64,000 bases of DNA from Patescibacteria group bacterium (GCA_048538215.1 JBLYPV010000001.1:75495-139494); one strand, 5' to 3'; counted from the stretch's first letter, positions 19,933 to 28,355 are shown. The notes: generated by a model from the sequence alone, not told the origin. Made by a program: numbers and translations.

Positions 19933-20865
19933 ATGGCACTCAAAGACATTAAAGAAAAAATACAATCGGTACAAAAGACAGCAAAAGTCACCAAAGCGAT
20001 GGAATCTGTTTCAGCGGTCAAGATGCGCCGAGCTCAAGAAGATGCTATTCGTTCTCGGCCTTATACGCACGCTGCGTTTTCTATTTTGCGCCACCTATCT
20101 TATGTATCAAAGATGAATGTTGATCAAATGTATGATTTTCATACCAAAGATTCAGGGCGGATATGTATTGTACTTATTACTTCATCCAAAGGACTTTCAG
20201 GAGCTTTAAATGCAAATATTTTTAAGAAATTAGAGAGTTTACTTGAGGTCAACAATTGGGATACACAAAATACTGATTTTATCTGCGTAGGGAAGAAAGG
20301 ACGAGAATATGTAGAGCGCAAGGGGTACAAGGTGATACATACAAGAGATCAATTTGATGATAATGATGCTGGGCCAGTATTACGGGAAATTTCTGATTTG
20401 TGCCTTGATCTATTTCATCATCACGACTATCAGCAGATTCATACGGTATACACTAATTTTATCAGCACGACAGAGCAAGAGGCAGTGAGTGGTAAAATAC
20501 TACCAATCAAGCATAAAGAGATAGAGGAATTTATTCGTGAGGCGATCCCACGATCAGGACGCTATAGCAATATGCATGATTTTGATTTTGATAAAGAAAC
20601 AGAGCAAACATCGGAATACCTCTATGAGCCTGATCCGGAGACTCTTATCAAGCATCTAGTGCCACATTTATTATATATTGGGCTCTACCATTCGTTGCTC
20701 GAATCTAAAGCATCCGAGCATTCTGCACGGATGATTGCAATGAAGAATGCAACAGACAAAGCAAATGAAGTAGCTAGTGATTTGAACCGTGAGTACAACA
20801 AGGCTCGACAAGCTGCTATTACTCAGGAAATTTCCGAGATTGTGACAGGAATGGAGACGATGTAG
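19933..20865 (+). CDS. atpG: ATP synthase F1 gamma
   Basis: TKAMESV, SEHSARMIAM, RQAAITQEISEI. Confidence 0.97.
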   Translation: MALKDIKEKIQSVQKTAKVTKAMESVSAVKMRRAQEDAIRSRPYTHAAFSILRHLSYVSKMNVDQMYDFHTKDSGRICIVLITSSKGLSGALNANIFKKLESLLEVNNWDTQNTDFICVGKKGREYVERKGYKVIHTRDQFDDNDAGPVLREISDLCLDLFHHHDYQQIHTVYTNFISTTEQEAVSGKILPIKHKEIEEFIREAIPRSGRYSNMHDFDFDKETEQTSEYLYEPDPETLIKHLVPHLLYIGLYHSLLESKASEHSARMIAMKNATDKANEVASDLNREYNKARQAAITQEISEIVTGMETM

Positions 20866-20875
20866 AGCACACAAA

Positions 20876-20896
20876 TTATCCACAAGGGTATCCACA
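20876..20896 (+). promoter_or_regulatory. Two tandem DnaA-box-like 9-mers
   Basis: TTATCCACA (20876) and GTATCCACA (20888). Confidence 0.5.
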
Positions 20897-20937
20897 AGAG
20901 CAAATTGCAAAAAAAATAGAAAAAGGTACTATGTATT

Positions 20938-21012
20938 TATTGGACGACTTGTCGTTCAATATGTCCATCTCTTCGGAGGTGCGACAGCAAATTCGCCCTT
21001 CGGGGCGTTTTT
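20938..21012 (+). ncRNA. Candidate small structured RNA
   Basis: Upstream TTGCAA/TACTAT promoter; three hairpins with CTTG, TTCG, TTCG loops, the last followed by a T tract. Confidence 0.5.
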
Positions 21013-21049
21013 GTTTTATAGGTAGAATATTGGGTGTATACTAGGTGGT

Positions 21050-21643
21050 ATGGATGCTTATTTTCAAAAAATCAAAAAGGAGATTATGAATGATCCTGCA
21101 AATAGGGATTACACTAAAAAGGGGATAGAGCCACTATTTACTGCTTCTCGCAAAGCAAAAATCATTATTATTGGGCAAGCCCCAGGCAAAAAGGCACAAG
21201 ATGCTGGTATTATATGGGATGATATGAGTGGTGATAATTTGCGAGAATACTTGGGAGTGAGTAGGGAAATTTTTTATGATGATGAGCAGATAGCACTTAT
21301 TCCTATGGATTTTTATTTTCCAGGCAAGGGAAGAAATGGTGATCTAGCTCCTAGAAAAGAGTTTGCAAAAAAATGGCATACACCTATTTTTAACGAGCTT
21401 AGGGATGATGCTTTGGTGATAGTGGTAGGGCAGTATGCTCAGAAAGAATATTTGCCAGATAATATACGATACGCCAACCTTACAGAAAATGTAGAGCATT
21501 ATAAAGAATTTTTAAAATTCAATATTTTTCCTCTACCCCATCCTTCTCCAAGAAATAATATTTGGCTAAGCAAGCACCCTTGGTTTAAAAAAGATGTCGT
21601 TCCTGTTCTTCAAAGAGAAGTAGCAAAAAGATTATCTATATAG
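21050..21643 (+). CDS. Uracil-DNA glycosylase superfamily protein
   Basis: IIGQAPG, WDDMSG, PMDFYFPG, PLPHPSPRN. Confidence 0.9.
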   Translation: MDAYFQKIKKEIMNDPANRDYTKKGIEPLFTASRKAKIIIIGQAPGKKAQDAGIIWDDMSGDNLREYLGVSREIFYDDEQIALIPMDFYFPGKGRNGDLAPRKEFAKKWHTPIFNELRDDALVIVVGQYAQKEYLPDNIRYANLTENVEHYKEFLKFNIFPLPHPSPRNNIWLSKHPWFKKDVVPVLQREVAKRLSI

Positions 21644-21672
21644 AAGCCACTTAGGGACCGGGTCCCTAAGTG
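21644..21672. repeat. REP-like palindrome, variant copy
   Basis: AAGCCACTTAGGGACCGGGTCCCTAAGTG. Confidence 0.7.
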
Positions 21673-21733
21673 AATCGGATTACTTGCACCCCATAGTCAT
21701 TTTGATATACTATCGAGCACTCACTGAGCTAGA

Positions 21734-21893
21734 TATCTCGTAAAACTGCCTAATAATATAGAATCCACATCGCGGAGTGGAGAAATGGTATCTCCAGGTG
21801 AGAATCAGAGCGAATAAGGGTTATGAGCCGGGTATCTCGTAAAACTGCCTAATAATATAGAATCCACATCGCGGAGTGGAGAAATGGTATCTC
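21734..21893 (+). repeat. 61-bp exact direct repeat of leader + 5' 24 nt of tRNA-fMet
   Basis: 21734-21794 equals 21833-21893; 38-bp spacer. Confidence 0.95.
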
Positions 21894-21940
21894 GGGAGGC
21901 TCATAACCTCCAGAAGTTGGTTCGATTCCAACCTCCGCAA
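21870..21940 (+). tRNA. Initiator tRNA-Met(CAT)
   Basis: C1:A72 mismatch (CGCGGAG...CTCCGCA), loop CTCATAA. Confidence 0.9.
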
Positions 21941-22010
21941 CAAGTTAGACCGAGGGCGACTAACCCGAGAACTTGCTTCTCTAGAGCAAAAGCTCTAGCC
22001 CAGATTATTT

Positions 22011-22087
22011 GTCAGGGTAGCTCAGATGGTTAGAGCGCAGCACTCATAACGCTGAGGTCGTGGGTTCAATCCCCACCCTTGACACCA
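22011..22087 (+). tRNA. tRNA-CAT (elongator Met or Ile2)
   Basis: Cloverleaf, loop CTCATAA, encoded CCA. Confidence 0.9.
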
Positions 22088-22168
22088 ATAAGTATTCAGA
22101 TCTTGCATTTATCAATAGTTTGGATATACTTTCAAAAAATTTTGTGCGTAATCACACTAAACTAAAAA

Positions 22169-22308
22169 AATAAGCCAAGCATATTATATATATGCGGTCG
22201 TAGCTCAACTCAAGGTAAGAATAAAGCGAGCACTTGGTGCGGATATCACCTAAAACTATCGAAAGGAATAAGCCAAGCATATTATATATATGCGGTCGTA
22301 GCTCAACT
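22169..22308 (+). repeat. 42-bp exact direct repeat of leader + 5' 17 nt of tRNA-Asp
   Basis: 22169-22210 equals 22267-22308; 56-bp spacer. Confidence 0.95.
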
Positions 22309-22368
22309 GGTTAGAGCACCCGCCTGTCACGCGGGAGGCTGAGGGTTCAAATCCCTTCGACCGCGCCA
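22292..22368 (+). tRNA. tRNA-Asp(GTC)
   Basis: Loop CTGTCAC, encoded CCA. Confidence 0.95.
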
Positions 22369-22414
22369 AGTAAAGTCGCCTTTAGAGGCGATTTTGTCTT
22401 ACAGGAAAGAAAGC

Positions 22415-22447
22415 AAGCCACTTGGGAGCTCGGCTCCCAAGTGGCTT
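22415..22447. repeat. REP-like palindrome, copy 3 (intergenic, between convergent tRNAs)
   Basis: AAGCCACTTGGGAGCTCGGCTCCCAAGTGGCTT. Confidence 0.9.
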
Positions 22448-22487
22448 ATGTAGTACCAAATAATGAAAAGACCTTTTCAGGTCTTTG

Positions 22488-22563
22488 TGGAGCCACCGCG
22501 CAGGGTCGAACTGCGGACCTCATCCTTACCATGGATGCGCTCTACCTACTGAGCTACGGCGGC
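22488..22563 (-). tRNA. tRNA-Thr(GGT)
   Basis: Reverse strand GCCGCCGTAGCTCAG...ATGGTAA...CCA. Confidence 0.93.
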
Positions 22564-22650
22564 TTAGACTCCGCGGGGAATAGTGTACTATATTGCCCCA
22601 GCTATTTCAAATAATCCTTCTTAGAAAAAATCTGCTACAATACTTTTATT

Positions 22651-23331
22651 ATGGGTACACTATTTGTGGTCGCTACACCAATTGGAAATCTAGAGGATAT
22701 TACTTATCGAGCGGTACGTATTTTGGGCGAGGTAGACACTATTTTATGTGAGGATACTCGGGTCACCAAGCGCTTACTTACTCATTATAATATTGATACA
22801 CCAGTTTTATCTTATCACGCGCACAGCGAGAGCTCGCGTAGTGATGATATTATAGAGCGTCTTGTCGGTGGTGAAAAAATGGCACTAGTATCTGATGCAG
22901 GCACGCCCACCATCTCTGATCCGGGTGTACAGCTCGTATCTCGAATCTATAGCGAATATCTTGATAAAATTCAGGTCATAGCAATTCCAGGACCTTCGGC
23001 GCTTACTACCGCTTTCTCAATTTCTGGCGTGGGTGGCAATCAATTTATTTTTATGGGCTATTTCCCGCACAAAAAAGGCAGGGAGACTTTATTTAACGAA
23101 ATAGCTTCAAGTGCCCGCCCTGTAATATTTTATGAATCACCTCACCGTATCGAAAAGACCCTCGCTTCTTTGGCAGAGCACTTAGAAGCTACACGACGAG
23201 TAATCATCGCTCGAGAGCTTACCAAAATTCACGAGCAGGTAGTACAAGGCACTGCTCAAGAAGTACAAGCATATTTTATTGAACATCCAGATAAGGTACG
23301 AGGGGAATTCGTAGTAGTTGTGGATAATTAA
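22651..23331 (+). CDS. rsmI: 16S rRNA C1402 2'-O-methyltransferase
   Basis: VATPIGNLEDIT, CEDTRVT, SDAGTP, YESPHR, RELTK. Confidence 0.95.
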   Translation: MGTLFVVATPIGNLEDITYRAVRILGEVDTILCEDTRVTKRLLTHYNIDTPVLSYHAHSESSRSDDIIERLVGGEKMALVSDAGTPTISDPGVQLVSRIYSEYLDKIQVIAIPGPSALTTAFSISGVGGNQFIFMGYFPHKKGRETLFNEIASSARPVIFYESPHRIEKTLASLAEHLEATRRVIIARELTKIHEQVVQGTAQEVQAYFIEHPDKVRGEFVVVVDN

Positions 23332-23399
23332 TTTTTATATTTTTCCTACTCACACGCAATGTGCTGGTGTGCATATGCTCTCAAGCTATACTGCAGAGT

Positions 23400-25142
23400 A
23401 TGTGCGGTATCTATGCAATCACCAGTCAGAAATCAAATACAGCCGAGCGTGTTTTTAAGGGGCTACAGATTTTGGAGTATCGCGGCTATGATAGTTGGGG
23501 GATAGCAGCGCGCACAAATAGCCAAAAATTTGAGCGTATTCGCCACATCGGTAAAATATCTGATTCGGCTTGTGAAGTGCCGGAAAGCAGTGAGTCGCTC
23601 GGGCACACGCGTTGGGCTACTTGCGGTGAAGTATCTGAGGCGAATACTCATCCACACACATCAGGGAGCATCACTCTTGTACACAATGGCATAGTAGAAA
23701 ATTTTCAATCTCTCAAAGAAGAGCTCGAGAGTCTGGGCTATTTTTTTGTATCACATACCGATTCAGAAGTACTAGCAGGATTGATAGATTACAGCTTGAA
23801 AGACCAAAAAAATAAGCTCAAAGCTTTACAATCTGTAGTAGAAAAAATCGAAGGTCGATCATCGGTAGTGTTTGCTATCCAGGGAGAAAGAGGTATGTAT
23901 GCCTTCACTACAGGATTAGCTCTTGTTGTTGGCTTTGAGGAAGAAGAAAGTATGATTGCTTCTGATCCTATGGCGTTTACTGCTCGGGCGCAAGAAGTAG
24001 TGTATATGGAGCCTGGGCAGGCAGGATATTTTAATACATCTCAAAGAGAATTCTATAATTTAGATACAGGCGAAGTAGTATACCCATCGTCTGAGAAGTG
24101 GGCCCTTAGTGATACGCCAAGTAGTGAAAAAGCTTGTAATGAGCACTATATGCTGAGGGAGATAATGGAGCAGAAAAAGCTTGTGAGAAAAGTAATGGAG
24201 CAGAGCGAATGTATTGCACAATTAGGACAAGCTATAAAAAATGCCAAGCAAGTATATCTTACAGGCTGTGGCACAGCGCATAAGGTGGCAATGCTGGGCG
24301 CCTATTATCTACATCTTTGCGGTATTGATGCAAAGGCGGTAGTTGCAAGTGAGATAGATGAATATTTAGGGCTCATTAATAAAGATACGCTCTGTATTGC
24401 AATTTCTCAATCAGGCGAGACAGCAGATGTACTCTGTGGTATCGAAAGAGTGCAAGCTCAGGGGGCCGAGATAGCAGCTATTACCAATGTAGCCCACTCA
24501 TCACTTGCAAGAAAAGCAAGTACTGTGCTTCCAATATATGCCGGGGCAGAGCTTGCGGTAGCGTCTACTAAAGCTTGTATGAACCAAATAGCAGTACTTT
24601 ATCAAGTCGCTTGTAGTATATCCAAGAATATACCAAGTACCGATCAAGACGCCTTAGAAGAAAGCCTAGCTTATATACTAAGTGATACCTCGCAAGATGC
24701 CATCTCTTACTTTGCGCAGAGTATCTCGAGCATAAGAGAAATATTCCTTATAGGTAGTGGCGCATACTATCCACTCGCTCTTGAAGGGGCTATCAAGATA
24801 GCTGAAGTATCCTATATCAATGCCCAAGGATTTGCCACAGGCGAGCTCAAGCACGGCCCCCTAGCTTTGATAGAAAAGGGCAGGGTATGTATCGTCCTGG
24901 GGAGCGAGGCAAAAGATCTGCGTGCTGCAGCTCAGATGAGGGCACGAGGCGCTTATATCGTAGGTATTGCAGTAGATACTAGCCCAGAATTTGATATTCA
25001 TATTCCAAGCAGGGGAGAGGGATTTATTGCCCATATGAGCACCTTAGCAATTCTTCAATTGCTTTCTTACCATCTTTCGCTAGCACGAGGTATCAATCCA
25101 GATCGTCCACGTAATTTAGCAAAGAGTGTGACCGTCCAATAA
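23400..25142 (+). CDS. glmS: Glutamine-fructose-6-phosphate aminotransferase
   Basis: MCGI start at 23400, EYRGYDS, GHTRWAT, SQSGET, PRNLAKSVTV. Confidence 0.95.
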   Translation: MCGIYAITSQKSNTAERVFKGLQILEYRGYDSWGIAARTNSQKFERIRHIGKISDSACEVPESSESLGHTRWATCGEVSEANTHPHTSGSITLVHNGIVENFQSLKEELESLGYFFVSHTDSEVLAGLIDYSLKDQKNKLKALQSVVEKIEGRSSVVFAIQGERGMYAFTTGLALVVGFEEEESMIASDPMAFTARAQEVVYMEPGQAGYFNTSQREFYNLDTGEVVYPSSEKWALSDTPSSEKACNEHYMLREIMEQKKLVRKVMEQSECIAQLGQAIKNAKQVYLTGCGTAHKVAMLGAYYLHLCGIDAKAVVASEIDEYLGLINKDTLCIAISQSGETADVLCGIERVQAQGAEIAAITNVAHSSLARKASTVLPIYAGAELAVASTKACMNQIAVLYQVACSISKNIPSTDQDALEESLAYILSDTSQDAISYFAQSISSIREIFLIGSGAYYPLALEGAIKIAEVSYINAQGFATGELKHGPLALIEKGRVCIVLGSEAKDLRAAAQMRARGAYIVGIAVDTSPEFDIHIPSRGEGFIAHMSTLAILQLLSYHLSLARGINPDRPRNLAKSVTVQ

Positions 25143-25230
25143 ATAGTGTCAAAAAAGAAAGCATAAAGCGAGGCTAAAATAAAAAGGAGAACATACAATA
25201 TATACCCACCTTTGTATGTCTTGTAGCACG

Positions 25231-26916
25231 TTAATTACAATGCCGAATCACATCTTTGAGCTTGAATCGTGGGCGGACTTTTTTGCCAGGATTAAAGATG
25301 TCATTAGGGTCACATACCTGCTCGAGCTTACTAAAAATTTCTAGCACTTCTTTGCTAAACATAGTATCAAGATAGGGTGTACGTATAATGCCGTCATTGT
25401 GTTCACCACAGATACTACCACCTAGTGAAGTAGCAAGAGCAAAAAATTCTTGAGCCATTACCTGTATATTTTCTACTGTATTGGCTTGAGTAAAATCTAT
25501 AAGCGGATAAAAGTGTAAATGTCCATTGCCAGCGTGGCCATAAACAAGAGCCTCTACGTCATATTTATCAAATAGCTCTCTAATTCCATAGAGAAAATCA
25601 CCGAATCGTGCTGGAGGCACTGCCATATCTTCAAGAAATGGGGCAGGGCGCTTGTCGGGGTAGGCAAGCTTTGAGAGTGAATATGCAGCAGAGCGAATTT
25701 GCCAGAGCATAGCACCTTCTCCGGGATCAGTGATTTGATGTGCTCGAGTCTTATAATTACGAGATATCTCAGCGACTAATTTATGTGCAAAAGAAGCTTC
25801 ATCAGCTGGAAGAGTGACGAGCAGGATATATGCTGGTATGCGACGCATTAATTTAAAATTATAGTGCTTGCGAAGAGAGGTGTGAAACAATCGGTAATCT
25901 TCGCTACTCAGCTCCTGTTTGAAATAATCCATTCTTTTTTGAGCCCTTCGATAGGTAGCCCCATCAAATATTTCAATATCAATAGGATGATATTTTGAAA
26001 GATGGGTGAGTATTTCTCCCGCACGGCTCACATCATTAAGTGATATAGCTACAAGGCTCGTATCTTCTTCTTTGGGAATTGCTTGTACCCAAATACGGCT
26101 AATGATGCCCAAAGTGCCCTGCGAGCCAGAAAAAATCTGAGTGAGATCAAATACTCCTCTATTCTGCATAAATTCCTCTACCGTGGTGGATACCACATCC
26201 CACAATGCATAGCCAGCAGAGTTTTTGCGTACTTGCGGGCGAGCTTTGATTATAAGCTCTTCATGATGTAAGCAGAGCTCCCATATATGGCGATAGATTT
26301 CACCAAGCAAATCATCTCGTTTGAGCTCGACTTGAAATTCATCCCAAGAGAGCGGGCGAATATGATATTCTATTCCATCTGCAAGGATGACATTGAGGGC
26401 TCGTACATATTGAGCAGTTTGTCCATAACGGTAGCTATGAGCTCCAGCCGCATTATTGGCCACCATCCCACCAATAGTGCACATATCTTTTGAGGCTGGA
26501 TATGAAGGAATGTACACTCCTGCTTTATCCATCACTTCTTCCAAATCTCTATACAAGACTCCCGGATCACATTCATAAATAATGCCATCATCATTAAGCT
26601 CCTCATTAATGATAGCGTGTAAATTAGTATGAGTGTCAATGATTACACCATCATTGAGAGATCCTCCTGTAAGCCCAGTCCCAGCTCCTCGTGGAGTAAG
26701 GTGAAGCGGGAAGGCGTTTGTATTCAAGCTCTGTATACTGGTGACGGTGCGTATAATGTCCTGTGTGTGCAGAGGAAAGAGCACAAGCTCTGGCTCGAGA
26801 TAAAAAATACTTTCATCACTTGCATATTGCGTGCGCGTATCTCGAGAGCTGTCAATTTTGCCTTCAAATCCAGCTTTGATTAAGTAATCTTCTAGTTGTG
26901 TGTACACACTACTCAT
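25231..26916 (-). CDS. FAD-binding oxidoreductase (GlcD/D-lactate dehydrogenase-like)
   Basis: PRGAGTGLTGG, TIGGMVANN, GSQGTLG, GHAGNGHLH, GEHNDG, FNPGK. Confidence 0.88.
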   Translation of the reverse strand: MSSVYTQLEDYLIKAGFEGKIDSSRDTRTQYASDESIFYLEPELVLFPLHTQDIIRTVTSIQSLNTNAFPLHLTPRGAGTGLTGGSLNDGVIIDTHTNLHAIINEELNDDGIIYECDPGVLYRDLEEVMDKAGVYIPSYPASKDMCTIGGMVANNAAGAHSYRYGQTAQYVRALNVILADGIEYHIRPLSWDEFQVELKRDDLLGEIYRHIWELCLHHEELIIKARPQVRKNSAGYALWDVVSTTVEEFMQNRGVFDLTQIFSGSQGTLGIISRIWVQAIPKEEDTSLVAISLNDVSRAGEILTHLSKYHPIDIEIFDGATYRRAQKRMDYFKQELSSEDYRLFHTSLRKHYNFKLMRRIPAYILLVTLPADEASFAHKLVAEISRNYKTRAHQITDPGEGAMLWQIRSAAYSLSKLAYPDKRPAPFLEDMAVPPARFGDFLYGIRELFDKYDVEALVYGHAGNGHLHFYPLIDFTQANTVENIQVMAQEFFALATSLGGSICGEHNDGIIRTPYLDTMFSKEVLEIFSKLEQVCDPNDIFNPGKKVRPRFKLKDVIRHCN

Positions 26917-26960
26917 TGGATGTATTATATCAGTGATTTTTTGTTATAATACTCTCCATT

Positions 26961-27692
26961 ATGAACAAGTTTACAATTAGTATTATCGTTTTATTAGTAG
27001 CTTTTGGAGTCTTAATTTTTATGGCCTCAAGAAATGGCACGCAGAGTAATTTATCAGACCAAGATCGAGCAGATATTCTTGCTATACAAGCAGATGATCA
27101 TATACAGGGCAATCCTGATGCCGATGTAGTATTAGTAGAGTATGCAGATTTAGAGTGCCCAGCTTGTGCCGCTTTTCATCCTCTCGTGCAAGAAGTGCTG
27201 GCTCAATATGGAGATAGCATTGCAGTGGTATCACGACATTTTCCACTTTCAATTCATCAGAATTCCCGCACCGCCGCTTGGGCAGTGGAAGCTGCCGCCC
27301 TTCAAGGCAAATATTATGAGATGGCAGATATGCTTTATACTCGACAATCAGAATGGTCTGGTAAAATTGCCAATGTATCAATCTTTGAGCCATATGCCGA
27401 GGAGCTAGGGCTAGATATGGCACAATACCGAGCTGATGTATTGAGCGACGAGGTGAAGGCTCGAGTAGAAAAAGATCTACAGGAGTCACGCACTCTAGGG
27501 CTTAATTCTACCCCCACATTCTTCCTACAAGGCGAAAAGCTCGTGGGAGTAGGAAATGCAAATGCTTTTGCACAAGCAATCGAAGGGGCTATAGCAAAAG
27601 CTAATGCTCTAGTCCAGGAAGAAGAGGAAACAAATACAAGTATCACCACCAGCACAAGCTCGATGAGTACAAGTACCGCTACAAGCTCCTAG
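26961..27692 (+). CDS. DsbA family thiol-disulfide oxidoreductase
   Basis: EYADLECPAC, RHFPL, STPTFF. Confidence 0.92.
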   Translation: MNKFTISIIVLLVAFGVLIFMASRNGTQSNLSDQDRADILAIQADDHIQGNPDADVVLVEYADLECPACAAFHPLVQEVLAQYGDSIAVVSRHFPLSIHQNSRTAAWAVEAAALQGKYYEMADMLYTRQSEWSGKIANVSIFEPYAEELGLDMAQYRADVLSDEVKARVEKDLQESRTLGLNSTPTFFLQGEKLVGVGNANAFAQAIEGAIAKANALVQEEEETNTSITTSTSSMSTSTATSS

Positions 27693-27717
27693 TAGAGTTT
27701 TTTATAGACAATCCTCG

Positions 27718-27748
27718 ATAAAAAAGCGCTCGAAGGGCGCTTTTTTAT
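27718..27748. terminator. Intrinsic terminator
   Basis: ATAAAAAAGCGCTC-gaa-GGGCGCTTTTTTAT. Confidence 0.75.
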
Positions 27749-27819
27749 TGATTTAATTGGGTATTTGTAGCTTATGAGGTATACTGGATATATTAGTAAT
27801 ATTAATCCTAAATACAGAT

Positions 27820-28203
27820 ATGAATTATTTTTATGGAAATATAGAGGAGCTTACTTTAGCAAATGATGATTTTCGCCAAGTGATATATACTGGGCCACAA
27901 AGCCAATTAGTCTTGATGACATTACAAGCTGGTGAGGAAATTGGATTTGAGGTACATAATGAAAATGATCAATTTTTTCGACTCGAAGAAGGGAAGGCAG
28001 AATTCACTATCAATGAAGATGCTTTTGTAGTTGGGGCGGATGAAGCAGTGATTGTCCCTAGGGGGGCCAAGCATAATGTGCGAAATGTAGGTGAGGGAGC
28101 ACTACGGCTCTACACCATTTATACTCCAGCCCATCATCCAGATGGTACTGTGCATCACACCAAAGCTGAGGCAGATGCCTATGAAGAAGCAGGGGATCAT
28201 TAA
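27820..28203 (+). CDS. Cupin domain protein
   Basis: NDDFRQV, QLVLM, EVH..DQFF, HNV.N, LYTIY. Confidence 0.9.
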   Translation: MNYFYGNIEELTLANDDFRQVIYTGPQSQLVLMTLQAGEEIGFEVHNENDQFFRLEEGKAEFTINEDAFVVGADEAVIVPRGAKHNVRNVGEGALRLYTIYTPAHHPDGTVHHTKAEADAYEEAGDH

Positions 28204-28283
28204 TCTCGAGTATGAGCAGGATTATCTGCTGTGAGTTCACGGATAGAAAATGCCACGACAAGCGTGGCTGTTTTCTATACTTG

Positions 28284-28355
28284 TGACCCCACGGAGAATC
28301 GAACTCCGATTTCCAGGATGAAAACCTGATGTCCTAGCCGTTAGACGATGGGGCC
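28284..28355 (-). tRNA. tRNA-Glu(TTC)
   Basis: Reverse strand GGCCCCATCGTCTAA...TTTTCAT...GTTCGATTC. Confidence 0.93.

Noticed and set aside
21771-21940. Intron-containing or split tRNA
   Set aside because: The downstream copy is already a complete tRNA, and the insert is far too short for a group I or II intron core.
21734-22308. CRISPR array interpretation of the tRNA-linked direct repeats
   Set aside because: Only two copies of each repeat, the repeats are tRNA-derived, the spacers resemble each other, and there are no cas genes in the window.
23332-23399. glmS ribozyme upstream of glmS
   Set aside because: The gap is under 70 bp and a -10 box lies 7 nt before the ATG, leaving no room.
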